From: Gemmataceae bacterium
GTDB taxonomy: Bacteria > Planctomycetota > Planctomycetia > Gemmatales > Gemmataceae
Direction: 5' to 3'
Assembly: GCA_035258765.1 (NCBI GenBank)
Contig: DATFWZ010000733.1
Coordinates: 1 to 47,336, forward strand
DNA: 47,336 bases
In this document: positions 18,683 to 27,332 of the stretch, one piece after another
Layout: every line of letters starts with the position of its first letter
Position numbering within the stretch: the stretch's first letter is position 1
Notes under the pieces: model-generated
Told to the model about the DNA's origin: nothing
Database searches by the model: none
Seen by the model: the letters and a program-made list of their open reading frames with translations, nothing else
Translations under genes and position numbers: made by a program

Positions 18683-18988
18683 TTAGCCCTTCGGTGACCC
18701 GTGAACGCCGGTGCCGCCGCCAGTCCCCGTCGGGGTCCAGGTCTGCACCTGACGCTCCAGATTGCCGATTTGGGGCGGGACTGGCGCGGCCGACTGGGCG
18801 GCATTGGCGGGTTCCAATACGTCGATGCCCACGGAGTCCACCGGGGCAATTTCTGTCACCGGCGCGCGGCCAGGCACTGGACCGACCGGAAGGGCTGCCG
18901 CCACCGTCGCCAACAGGCCGAGGATTAATGTGACCCAGAGGGCGAACCGGGTGAACCGGGCCTGCGGCACTTCATTCACCTTGCTCAT
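18683..18988 (-). CDS. Hypothetical small membrane-anchored protein
   Basis: The ATG at 18988 is preceded by GAAAGGGGA. It encodes MSKVNEVPQARFTRFALWVTLILGLLATVAAAL (one TM or signal anchor), followed by a Pro/Ala/Gly-rich tail. No recognisable domain. Confidence 0.45.
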   Translation of the reverse strand: MSKVNEVPQARFTRFALWVTLILGLLATVAAALPVGPVPGRAPVTEIAPVDSVGIDVLEPANAAQSAAPVPPQIGNLERQVQTWTPTGTGGGTGVHGSPKG

Positions 18989-19056
18989 GTTTCCCCTTTC
19001 GTCGGAAACACCAGGGCGGACCGCGGGAACCACTCCCGAGAGGCGCCCCCCCTGGC

Positions 19057-19713
19057 TCAGTGCTCGTCTTCGGTCAACCAGCCCAGGGCGTTGGCTCGCA
19101 AGAATGCGTGGATTTCATCGACGTGGACGTAGTAGCCGACCGTGCCGTCGTGTCCGCTGGCGATTCCGATGATCCGGCCGGCCTGATCCATGAGGGGCCC
19201 CCCGGATCGCCCATTCGTCGGCCGCCGGGCGACCTCCCAGCAAAGAACCGCGTTGGAAGCGCCCGGCCGCCGGAGCCGGACCTTGCCCTTCAACTCCTCC
19301 GCCAGGTCCGTCGATTCTCTCCCACTTTCCCACCCGGCGCTAATCACCTGGTCCGGCGTCGTGCCGACGACCGCAAGGGAGACCGGGAGGGGTCGGTCGG
19401 CCGCGGGAAACCGGAGAATCGCGAGGTCAACCTCGGCGGACCGGGCCAGCACCTCTGCCTTCACCGGCTTGCTGAAGGCCGTCGTGACCTCCACCTTTTC
19501 GGCCTTGGGCACGACGTGTTGGGCTGTCAGGACGTAGGAGTGCGACGCCTTAAGGGCGATCAAAACTCCACTCCCGCCGGTGGAGTCCGCCCGGTCCTCG
19601 ACACGAACGGTGGCCGCGACCCCCCGGTCGCGAACTTCCTTCGGGACTTCCGCCGCGACGGTCGGCGACAGAATCAAGACGAGTGTCAGTGCGAGTGTGA
19701 AGATTCGATACAA
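19057..19713 (-). CDS. Secreted trypsin-like (S1/HtrA-type core) serine protease
   Basis: Has a classical signal peptide (M)YRIFTLALTLVLILSPTVAAE. The catalytic-triad contexts are LTAQHVV (His), EVDLAILRF (Asp) and NGRSGGPL (Ser). There is no PDZ domain. It has a TTG start with GGGAG upstream. Confidence 0.75.
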   Translation of the reverse strand: MYRIFTLALTLVLILSPTVAAEVPKEVRDRGVAATVRVEDRADSTGGSGVLIALKASHSYVLTAQHVVPKAEKVEVTTAFSKPVKAEVLARSAEVDLAILRFPAADRPLPVSLAVVGTTPDQVISAGWESGRESTDLAEELKGKVRLRRPGASNAVLCWEVARRPTNGRSGGPLMDQAGRIIGIASGHDGTVGYYVHVDEIHAFLRANALGWLTEDEH

Positions 19714-19830
19714 GTGGCCCTACTCCCGTCATAATCGTCAATTTCTTCCCATGCGATGCCGATAACGGACGCCGGGGAATCGTTCCCCGCGCTGGGCGGT
19801 GTGAGGGCCCGCGTGCCTCACGGGTCGGCC

Positions 19831-20487
19831 ATGAGACTGCCGCGCATCGCATTGGTCGCATCGATCTGCGTCGCCGGACTTGGGTGCTTTGCCACCCGCC
19901 CGTCGGCCCCGGACTCGTTCGTCCACCTGGCCGCCCGGAACGGTGTTCAACTGGGCCTTCACTCGCACGATGACAACCACTTCGCCCACGAGATGAAAAA
20001 GCACGCGGAGACCGCATTTGCCCAGCGGGGAGCCGACGTCGGGGCGGCCAGTGAAGCGTTCCACGATGGATTCATCGAGGGCTTCATCGATTACGTGGAA
20101 GCCGGCGGGTCCGGAGAGCCCCCGTATCTACCACCGTTTCATTTCCGGTTGACCGAGTACCGAACGCCCGAGGGGCATGCGGCTATCGGCGACTGGTACG
20201 CCGGATTTCGGGAAGGCTCCGCCGCGGCCCGAGCTAGTGGCCTGCGCGAATTGAACTATGTCCCGCTGCCCGGTCCGGCGGTCCCCGCTGATGGCCAGGT
20301 GGCGACTGAACTGCCGGTCGACGTCCAAATAGTCCAGCCCTTCGCCGGCGACCGGGCGCGATCGCCGTGGGAAGCCCCCGGAAGCCCAGTGCTGCCACGG
20401 CCCACCGTCCCGGAGCGCGGCCCAGCACCGCGCGTGGTTCCCGAGCTGCCCGTCCGGCCGGCTCACCTCGCCCCGCCCGTCCATTGA
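19831..20487 (+). CDS. Hypothetical lipoprotein with a Pro-rich C-terminus
   Basis: MRLPRIALVASICVAGLGCFATRP is a lipoprotein-type signal with a lipobox-like LGC. The track ORF starts 75 nt earlier without a signal-like sequence. The gene sits 36 nt upstream of the exporter gene. Confidence 0.55.
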   Translation: MRLPRIALVASICVAGLGCFATRPSAPDSFVHLAARNGVQLGLHSHDDNHFAHEMKKHAETAFAQRGADVGAASEAFHDGFIEGFIDYVEAGGSGEPPYLPPFHFRLTEYRTPEGHAAIGDWYAGFREGSAAARASGLRELNYVPLPGPAVPADGQVATELPVDVQIVQPFAGDRARSPWEAPGSPVLPRPTVPERGPAPRVVPELPVRPAHLAPPVH

Positions 20488-20523
20488 ATTGTTGACCGAA
20501 TCGACCCGAAGGCCCGAGATCCC

Positions 20524-21870
20524 ATGCACCGTCCCGATTTAACCCGCCGGCGACCTGCGTTGCTTGCGGCCGGGCTCGGACTGGTACTCCTGTCGGGCGG
20601 TTGTGCGGCCGTCACGAACCCGGCGGCCGACGGGATCCCGGTCCGTCGGCTCCCGCCCGAGGCGTTCGGCGAAAGCAGGTCGGACATTCAGCAAGTCCCC
20701 CTCGCCGCACTGACTCCGCCGCCAGCAGGGACCTACAAACTTGCTCCCGGTGACATCCTCGGCGTGTTCGTCGAGGGCATCCTTGGCGAGCGCGGTGGTC
20801 AACCCCCGGTCCGCCCGCAAGAACAGGGCAACTTGCCGCCGGGGATCGGTTACCCAATCCCGGTCCGTGAGAATGGCACGGTTCCGCTCCCTCTCATCGA
20901 GCCATTGAACGTTGCCGGGCTCACGCTCGACGACGCTCAGACCCGAATCACCCAAGCCTATCTCGGAACCCTGCCGGGACTGAAAAACCCGAAGAAGCTC
21001 TTGAAGGACGAAACGTCTCGGATCATCGTGACTTTGCTCAAGCCGCGACAGTATCACGTACTGGTCCTGCGCGAGGACGCTGGTGGGACCACGTTCGGTA
21101 CTGCCGGCGGATTCGGCGCCGGCACGGGCGGCGGCACCTTTGTTACCCAGACGCGTAAGGCTGCTGGCTTCCCGCTCGACTTGCCGGCCTACGAGAATGA
21201 CCTGCTCAATGCTCTGTCTCGAACCGGCGGGCTGCCGGGGGCAGAAGCCACGGACGAGGTGTTGATCCTCCGGGGCGCCTACCAGCCGGGGACTGACGAC
21301 AAGCCACCGAAGTTGGCCGAGGACGCGGCCACGCGGGAGACGATCCGCGTCCCCCTTCGCCTGCGGTCCGGGCAACCATTGTCTGTCCGGCCGGAGCAAC
21401 TGATCCTTCGTACCGGCGACGTGGTCCACGTCCGAGCCCGGCCGACCGAAGTGTTCTTCACCGGCGGACTGCTCCCGCCACGGGCGTTCCCACTACCGGC
21501 AGACCGCGACCTCGACGTGCTGGAGGCCGTGGCGCTAGTCGGCGGTCCGCTCCTGAACGGCGGGGTCAATGCCAACAACCTGTCTGGGCAGATCGTTCAA
21601 ACCGGGCTGGGATTCCCTTCGCCGAGCCAAGTGACCATCCTTCGCAAGCTGAAAGGTGGCGGACAAATCCCGATTGTCGTCAGCCTCAACCGCGCGGTCC
21701 GGGACCCGCGGGAGCGAATCGCCGTCCGCCCGAACGACTTCCTCATCCTCCAATCGACTGTGAAGGAGGCGGAGGCACAATACCTGACCTCGAACTTCCG
21801 GCTCAATTTCATTTGGTCGTTCCTGCGCAGCCCGAATGCAACCGGGACGGCGACTGCCACCGCGCCGTAG
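20524..21870 (+). CDS. Wza-like outer-membrane polysaccharide export (OPX) lipoprotein
   Basis: Lipoprotein signal ALLAAGLGLVLLSGGCAA. Poly_export-type motif YKLAPGDILGVFVEG. This is followed by repeated soluble-ligand-binding beta-grasp-like segments (..LRTGDVVHVR.., ..VRPNDFLILQS..). Confidence 0.8.
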   Translation: MHRPDLTRRRPALLAAGLGLVLLSGGCAAVTNPAADGIPVRRLPPEAFGESRSDIQQVPLAALTPPPAGTYKLAPGDILGVFVEGILGERGGQPPVRPQEQGNLPPGIGYPIPVRENGTVPLPLIEPLNVAGLTLDDAQTRITQAYLGTLPGLKNPKKLLKDETSRIIVTLLKPRQYHVLVLREDAGGTTFGTAGGFGAGTGGGTFVTQTRKAAGFPLDLPAYENDLLNALSRTGGLPGAEATDEVLILRGAYQPGTDDKPPKLAEDAATRETIRVPLRLRSGQPLSVRPEQLILRTGDVVHVRARPTEVFFTGGLLPPRAFPLPADRDLDVLEAVALVGGPLLNGGVNANNLSGQIVQTGLGFPSPSQVTILRKLKGGGQIPIVVSLNRAVRDPRERIAVRPNDFLILQSTVKEAEAQYLTSNFRLNFIWSFLRSPNATGTATATAP

Positions 21871-21875
21871 CCTGC

Positions 21876-22667
21876 TCAGCCGAGCAGCCGCGACGGCCAA
21901 AAGCGGCGGCCGGCCGTCGGCGGTGGCACGTCTACTGGTTCCCCGTTGAGGATTGCCCGCCCGGTGGCCCCGCAGATTCGCTCGGCCGCGGCGGGACCTG
22001 CCCACTCTCGGATCCGGCCGGCGGCTGCGGATAGCAGCGGCTTCCGTCTCCGCGGCGAGTGCCCGTCCGAGCCGAGCAGGTGAACGCACCCGCGACGGCA
22101 CCAGTCGCGGACGGCCTTTTCGTCGGCCGAGCTCGCCGGGTCAGTCAGGCTCCGGCTGGAGACCTGCACCAGGCAGCCGAAACCAATTAATTCCTCCAGC
22201 CGTCCCGAGTCGTGAAGCAACTCCGGATGCCTCTCTGGGTGGGCGAGGATGAGCCGCACGCCGCGCGCCGAAAGCCGCCGAACGATTGGCCGCAAGTCAA
22301 CGAACAGCCGATGCGGCATCTCGACCAACAGGAACTGGCCGTGGTCGCCGACGCTCAACAGGCGGCCTGCGGCCCACGCATCCGTCATCTCGGGCGTGGC
22401 CATCACTTCCGCGGCCGGGAAGATCTCGAGCGGGGTGTCGTCGGCTTGGAGCCGCTGTCGGAGTTCGCGGCAGGCGGCGCGAATGGCGTCCGCCGATACG
22501 TTCCACCGCTCGCTCTGATGGGCCAGTGCCACGGTGTGCCGGACTCCCTCGGCCGCGGCGATCTGGCACATGGCCAAGGCATCGTCCCAGCTTTGCGGAC
22601 CATCATCTAACCCGGGGAGCAGGTGAACATGAAGGTCGGCGAGCCGGGCCTCGAGGTTAACGCTCAC
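21876..22667 (-). CDS. CpsB/CapC-type PHP-family protein-tyrosine phosphatase
   Basis: The N-terminus LADLHVHLLPGLDDGPQSWDDALAM matches the CpsB HxH..P..DDG metal site. Later LAHPERH and HLLGSDGH histidine motifs are present. The GTG start overlaps the kinase stop (GTGA at 22664-22667). Confidence 0.85.
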   Translation of the reverse strand: MSVNLEARLADLHVHLLPGLDDGPQSWDDALAMCQIAAAEGVRHTVALAHQSERWNVSADAIRAACRELRQRLQADDTPLEIFPAAEVMATPEMTDAWAAGRLLSVGDHGQFLLVEMPHRLFVDLRPIVRRLSARGVRLILAHPERHPELLHDSGRLEELIGFGCLVQVSSRSLTDPASSADEKAVRDWCRRGCVHLLGSDGHSPRRRKPLLSAAAGRIREWAGPAAAERICGATGRAILNGEPVDVPPPTAGRRFWPSRLLG

Positions 22668-25102
22668 TGGACCTCGTCGTGCGCGGCCGAGCCGTTTGCC
22701 GAGGGCTGGAGATTCGAAGGCGGCAGCCGGGACGTCAGAGCCGGTTCGGCATCTGTGCCGCTGGACGTATACTCGCTCGAGTACTCGTCGGCATATTGGT
22801 AGTGGTCGTAACCGTACCCGGTCATCGTGCCGTGTTTACCGACGCCGTTCACGACCACTCCCAGGCAGTTCGCCTTGAGCCCGGCCAGTAGGTCACGGGC
22901 CCGTTCAGCAGCCGGGCGACCGTTCTTCGATATTCGGATGGTCAACAACAGCCCGTCCATCCGCGGCGCAACCGTACACGGGTCGCTCACGGCCAGAAGC
23001 GGCGGGCTGTCCACGAGCACGTAGTCGAACGTCGCGCGGGCGTCATCGAGCAGGTCCTCAAGCCGTGGGCTCGTGAGCACCTCCGCCGGGTTTGGCGGCC
23101 GCCGACCGCATGGCAGAATTGAGAGATTCGGGACTGCCGTCGTACACACCGCCATCTCCAGGGAGGCGGTCCCGGCGATCACTTCGGCCAAGCCGACCTT
23201 TGCGGACAGGCCAAAGGCCCGGTGGATGCGCGGTCGCCGCAGGTCGGCGTCGATCAGCAGCACCTTCCTGCCGGACTGAGCGATCGACACCGCCAGGTTG
23301 GTGATGACGGTGGTCTTGCCGTCGCCCATGTTCGGGCTGGTCACCTGGATGACCTGGTGCCGTTGGCCACAAGTGCTGAAGTACAGTGCGGTCCGGACCC
23401 CCCGGAAGGCCTCGGCTCCCGGCGACGTCGGGCGGTGGAGTGCGACCAGGCCGGGATCGACCTCGATGGTGACCCCGTCCGGGCACGCCACCCGGACCGG
23501 CTCCGCTGGCTTGTCCGCGAACGGCACGTGGCCGACCAGCGGCAACCCGAGCCGGCGGCGGATCTCATCCGGAGTGCGAAAGCTTGTGTCGGCCAGGTCG
23601 AGGAGGTAGGCGGCCCCGGCCCCGAGTCCGAGCCCGAGCGCCGCCCCCATGAGGACGATTTGCCAGAATACTGGCGACACCTTGGTACCCGCCGTCGGAG
23701 GGGCGATCGCCTTGGCCTCGAATCCGCCATACCCGCGGACCAGATTGATTTCCTCGAGCCGCTTCAGTGTCTGGTCAAGTACCTTGTTGATTCGCGTGAT
23801 ATCATCACGAAATCCCTTGTCCTGGTCGTAGTACGTCTCCAGGTTCCGGGCGGTGGTCACTGCCTCGTCCAGCAGACCCTTCTTCCAATTGTGGTTGGCA
23901 GTCGCGATTTGATGCTCGACCTTCAGGGCCTGGAATGCCGCCTCCACCGGATCAGCACCCGGCGCCTGGTCCCCCTGGCGGGCGATATCGTCGAGTCTCT
24001 TGTGGAACTCGCGGGTCATCTCCATTCGTTTGCGGACCCGGACTACCTCTGGGTGGTCCTCGCCGTAGAACTGGATCAAGTCCGCCTCTTGCTGGAGCAA
24101 CTGAAAGAGTGCCGTCTCGAGGGCCGTAGCCGACTGAACCGGGGCGGGCCCTTTGTCAAACTTGCGGGCCGCGAGCGCCAGGACCATCTCCCGCGTCTTA
24201 CCGGGGTCTTTCCGGGCCTTTTCAACCTCCTCGATCCGGTTCTTCAATAGAGTCACCTGCTCCAAGAGGGCTGCCTCGTCCTTCTGGTATTCGAGAATTT
24301 TCGCCTGGTGAATCGGGACGCCGTTCTCGCCGACCACGACCACGGGGCTCTTCTTGCGAAACTCCCGGTACGCCCTCTCTTTCTCGGCCAGGTTCTTCTG
24401 GAGTGTGTCGGTGGCCGTGGTAATGAGCTGGACCGTGGTGTCGCTGGTGTCCTTGTAAGTCTCGTCCAGGAACTCGCGGTAGCTCTCGATGACCGCGAGC
24501 AGTACCGTCTCGACGTCGCCCGGGTCGGTCCCGGTGAAAGACAAGTTGATCACGTTGTTGCCGGCCGTCGACGCGGTGTCTTTACTCGCCTCGCGGCTGG
24601 CCGACAGGCCCGCCTGAATGATCCCGACCGGGTTGCCGGCGAGAGACCGCAGGCCTCCGAGGCGGCGCTTTTGTACCGCCCGCTCGATCACGAGCGGGCT
24701 GCGGATCAGGATCAAATGGGTGGCTACATAATCGTCCATTACAGCCATCCGCGGGTCGCCACCGGCAACCGGAAGTGCGTTGGCCGCCTGCTTCTTGACC
24801 ACCAGGACTAGCGCGGAAGTCTTGTATGTCGCCGGCCGTTGCGCGTACGCGAATAGTCCGAGCACCCCGCCAACGACGAGTCCAAGGACGAGCAACCACC
24901 GCCGCCGCCAGAGGATTTGCAGCAGGTTGCGAGACGTCCCGCGTGCGGGCGGGGTGATCGGCGTCGAGCGATCGGCGAGTACGTCGTCCACGGAGTCGGT
25001 TTGGTTGTCTGGTGGCCGAATAATGTCCTGTCGTAAACCGGTCAGTTCACTACTTCCGGAACCCCAACGGTGCGAGCAATCACGCCGATCCCGCCCCGAC
25101 AA
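22664..25102 (-). CDS. Wzc/GumC-like polysaccharide co-polymerase fused to a BY-kinase (tyrosine autokinase)
   Basis: Has a TM segment (WLLVLGLVVGGVLGLFAY), a long coiled periplasmic Wzz-like region and a second TM. The kinase part has Walker A SPNMGDGKTT, Walker A' VLLIDADLRRP, Walker B-like YVLVDSPP and a C-terminal Tyr cluster GYGYDHYQYADEYSSEY. The start is uncertain: TTG at 25102 or GTG at 24991. Confidence 0.9.
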   Translation of the reverse strand: MSGRDRRDCSHRWGSGSSELTGLRQDIIRPPDNQTDSVDDVLADRSTPITPPARGTSRNLLQILWRRRWLLVLGLVVGGVLGLFAYAQRPATYKTSALVLVVKKQAANALPVAGGDPRMAVMDDYVATHLILIRSPLVIERAVQKRRLGGLRSLAGNPVGIIQAGLSASREASKDTASTAGNNVINLSFTGTDPGDVETVLLAVIESYREFLDETYKDTSDTTVQLITTATDTLQKNLAEKERAYREFRKKSPVVVVGENGVPIHQAKILEYQKDEAALLEQVTLLKNRIEEVEKARKDPGKTREMVLALAARKFDKGPAPVQSATALETALFQLLQQEADLIQFYGEDHPEVVRVRKRMEMTREFHKRLDDIARQGDQAPGADPVEAAFQALKVEHQIATANHNWKKGLLDEAVTTARNLETYYDQDKGFRDDITRINKVLDQTLKRLEEINLVRGYGGFEAKAIAPPTAGTKVSPVFWQIVLMGAALGLGLGAGAAYLLDLADTSFRTPDEIRRRLGLPLVGHVPFADKPAEPVRVACPDGVTIEVDPGLVALHRPTSPGAEAFRGVRTALYFSTCGQRHQVIQVTSPNMGDGKTTVITNLAVSIAQSGRKVLLIDADLRRPRIHRAFGLSAKVGLAEVIAGTASLEMAVCTTAVPNLSILPCGRRPPNPAEVLTSPRLEDLLDDARATFDYVLVDSPPLLAVSDPCTVAPRMDGLLLTIRISKNGRPAAERARDLLAGLKANCLGVVVNGVGKHGTMTGYGYDHYQYADEYSSEYTSSGTDAEPALTSRLPPSNLQPSANGSAAHDEVQ

Positions 25103-26597
25103 GCGACTCCGGGACCGCCGTCGGTCCGGCCAATGTCGGGATCGGGGCTGACCGGGCGAGTACCGCTTCCACGTCGTCGGTCACACCGGTCAAGACCGCC
25201 AACTTGCGCCAGACCGGCTCGGCGTCCGGGCGACCTATGACGATCACCTGTCCGACGGCGTGGCCCCACGCGGTCAACGGAATGACGGCCGACCAGTCCT
25301 CAAGAGCTTCACTCGTCGCCGGGCCGGGCCGACGCCAGCGGGCGTGATACACCTCCTGCTGGGCCGGAGCATTCACGTCCAAGGCGATGCTCCGGAGGTT
25401 CAGCCGATCCACACAGTCGGTTAACCGGACCCAAAGTCCGTCCCACCCGGCCGAGCCGTGCAGCCGGACCTCCAGCCGCGCGTTGTCGCGGTCAGAACCG
25501 AGTACTGACCGGGCCAGATGGCGGCCCGAATGCATGACGAGCCGAAGTTCCGCGTAACCGAATACCTTGGTGGCCACCAGGATTACCACTACCACGAGGG
25601 CCGACAAGACTGCCAACCCCTCGTTTTGAAAGGCGATACTCGCAAGAACACCCGCCACAGTCACCGCACACAATCCACCCACGACCAGGAGCACGGCCGG
25701 CCCTGACAGCCCGGTCCGCTGGAGACAGTGGTGGATGTGTCCGCGGTCGGTGGAGAAAATGCTCCGCCCGGTCAGCTTGCGGCGCACGACCGCGGCCGCC
25801 GTGTCGAAGAACGGGATCGCGAGCAGGGCCAGGGGGGCCGCCAGGGCCGCCGTCGCCGGCCCCTTGAGGGAACTGCGAATGGCCAGAACGCCAACGGCCA
25901 GGCCGATCAACATGCTCCCGGCGTCGCCGAGGAACACGCTCGCCGGCGGCATGTTGTAGCGCAGGAATCCGGCGAGTGCCCCGGCCAGCCCAGCAGCAAC
26001 GCACGCTTCGGCCGGGTGGCCGGCGTAAACGGCCAATACGGCGATTGCTCCGCAGATGATCGTCCCGACCGTTCCGAGCAGGCCGTCCATTCCGTCGAGC
26101 AGATTGAGCGAGTTGATCGCACCGAGCAGGAATAGTGTGGTGAACGGTATCGCCGCCCAGCCGAGGTCGAATTCCCGGCCGAAGATCGCGAGCACCTCGA
26201 TCCGGCTGCCGGTCAGAAGGACGACCCCGATCGCCGCCACCTGCCCGCAGAGCTTGTACCGGCCGCGGAGGCGGTAGCCATCGTCGGCTACACCGACCAG
26301 GCAGATGACGGCCGCCCCCCCGAGCAGGCCTAACAGCTCCCAAGCGTGCTCCCTGACCTCCTCTGCCACCGGCCCTCGACCGGCCACGCCGAACACCCCG
26401 AGGACGAGGATTACGGCGGCGAACACCGCCAGTCCCCCCGCCACCGGCGTCGTCCGTTCGTGCACCTTTCGCCGGCCGTCGGGCCGGTCAACGAGCCCGA
26501 GCCGCCTGCCGAGCCTGCGGGCAACTGGCGTGAACGCCAGGCCCGCGGCCAGGCCGCCAATGAACAGGAGGAGCAGCGCATCGCGGACGGGACTCAT
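25080..26597 (-). CDS. WecA/MraY-family polyprenyl-phosphate sugar-1-phosphate transferase with a ~155-aa C-terminal extension
   Basis: Contains LGLVDRPDGRRKVHERTTPVAGG, VGVADDGYRLRGRYK and NSLNLLDGMDGL, which are characteristic MraY/WecA motifs. The ATG at 26597 is preceded by GAGGA at 7 nt. The track start at 26702 adds 35 non-hydrophobic residues. Confidence 0.85.
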   Translation of the reverse strand: MSPVRDALLLLFIGGLAAGLAFTPVARRLGRRLGLVDRPDGRRKVHERTTPVAGGLAVFAAVILVLGVFGVAGRGPVAEEVREHAWELLGLLGGAAVICLVGVADDGYRLRGRYKLCGQVAAIGVVLLTGSRIEVLAIFGREFDLGWAAIPFTTLFLLGAINSLNLLDGMDGLLGTVGTIICGAIAVLAVYAGHPAEACVAAGLAGALAGFLRYNMPPASVFLGDAGSMLIGLAVGVLAIRSSLKGPATAALAAPLALLAIPFFDTAAAVVRRKLTGRSIFSTDRGHIHHCLQRTGLSGPAVLLVVGGLCAVTVAGVLASIAFQNEGLAVLSALVVVVILVATKVFGYAELRLVMHSGRHLARSVLGSDRDNARLEVRLHGSAGWDGLWVRLTDCVDRLNLRSIALDVNAPAQQEVYHARWRRPGPATSEALEDWSAVIPLTAWGHAVGQVIVIGRPDAEPVWRKLAVLTGVTDDVEAVLARSAPIPTLAGPTAVPESLVGAGSA

Positions 26598-26765
26598 CCG
26601 GGTTCCTCGTCGGATTCCGCTGGCGACGAGCGCGGACTTCGTCCCCGTGGGTGCCGGCGGAGCCGTTACCCGGGGCTGCCCGAGCCCAAGAAAGTTGGTC
26701 ATCCATAACCGTCAATCGAAGCGGGGACCCGGCCCATCCAAGGCGCGGGCAACCGGAGAGGTCGA

Positions 26766-27332
26766 TCAGTCCGCGGTGTCGAGCGGCCGGAGGGCCATCC
26801 CCTCGCAGGTCACGGACGCCCCCTCGCGGATGAAATCAACGGCGACGACAAATCGGGCCCCGGCGGCCGCCCGGACGACGGTCCCGCGCAGGCCAGCCAG
26901 CGGGCCCGTGGTGATCTCGACTGCCTGCCCGGCCCGGAGGTCGCGCTCGCGCTGGACGGCCCGCCCGAGCCCGAGCAGAGCGTGAAGCCGCCGCAAGTCC
27001 GACACCAGCGCGGCCTGGTCCGACACGACCAGGGCCCGCACCACTCGCCCGGTGTGGAACGCGTCGAAGTACTGGTCCTGGTCGGCCCGCAGGAACACGT
27101 ACCCGTCGAAGAGCGGGACTTCGGCCACCCGGATCCGGCCGGCGGACCGGTGCGGGCGGCGGATCGTTGGGAGGAAGAACGGGACCGCGCGGGCGAGCAG
27201 GTCGCGGGCGAGGCCCTTCTCTTGCCGGGGCTTGGTGTGCAGGACGCGCCACTCGACCCCGGCTGTCGGGCCGACAGGCGCGTCCAGCACGTCATCCGGA
27301 AACAGGGCCGGCTCGGCAGGCAAGATGGGCAT
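26766..27332 (-). CDS. NusG-family paralog (RfaH/UpxY-like specialised antiterminator candidate)
   Basis: NGN-like domain: WRVLHTKPRQEKGLARDLLARAVPFFLPT...EVPLFDGYVFLRAD. KOW-like motif: LRAGQAVEITTGPLAGLRGTVV. It is the first gene of the minus-strand polysaccharide operon. Confidence 0.8.
   Translation of the reverse strand: MPILPAEPALFPDDVLDAPVGPTAGVEWRVLHTKPRQEKGLARDLLARAVPFFLPTIRRPHRSAGRIRVAEVPLFDGYVFLRADQDQYFDAFHTGRVVRALVVSDQAALVSDLRRLHALLGLGRAVQRERDLRAGQAVEITTGPLAGLRGTVVRAAAGARFVVAVDFIREGASVTCEGMALRPLDTAD

Noticed and set aside
18082-18933. 283-aa plus-strand ORF over the start of the ligase-TPR gene and the small membrane protein gene
   Set aside because: It is antisense to better-supported genes, and the product is Ser/Arg/Ala-rich and low-complexity.
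20539-21429. 296-aa minus-strand ORF inside the OPX gene
   Set aside because: It is antisense to a gene with a lipoprotein signal and a Poly_export motif. It has no domain signature.
21872-21887. 6-bp hairpin CTGCTC-agcc-GAGCAG at the convergent OPX/phosphatase stops as a bidirectional terminator
   Set aside because: The stem is too short and overlaps the phosphatase stop codon. There are no flanking T/A tracts. I note it only as a weak possibility.
23222-24250. 342-aa plus-strand ORF inside the tyrosine-kinase gene
   Set aside because: It is antisense to a gene with Walker A/A'/B motifs and a Tyr cluster. Its composition is shadow-like.
25492-26343. 283-aa same-strand alternative-frame ORF inside the WecA-like gene
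   Set aside because: It is an Arg/Pro/Gly-rich out-of-frame translation. The WecA frame carries the diagnostic motifs.
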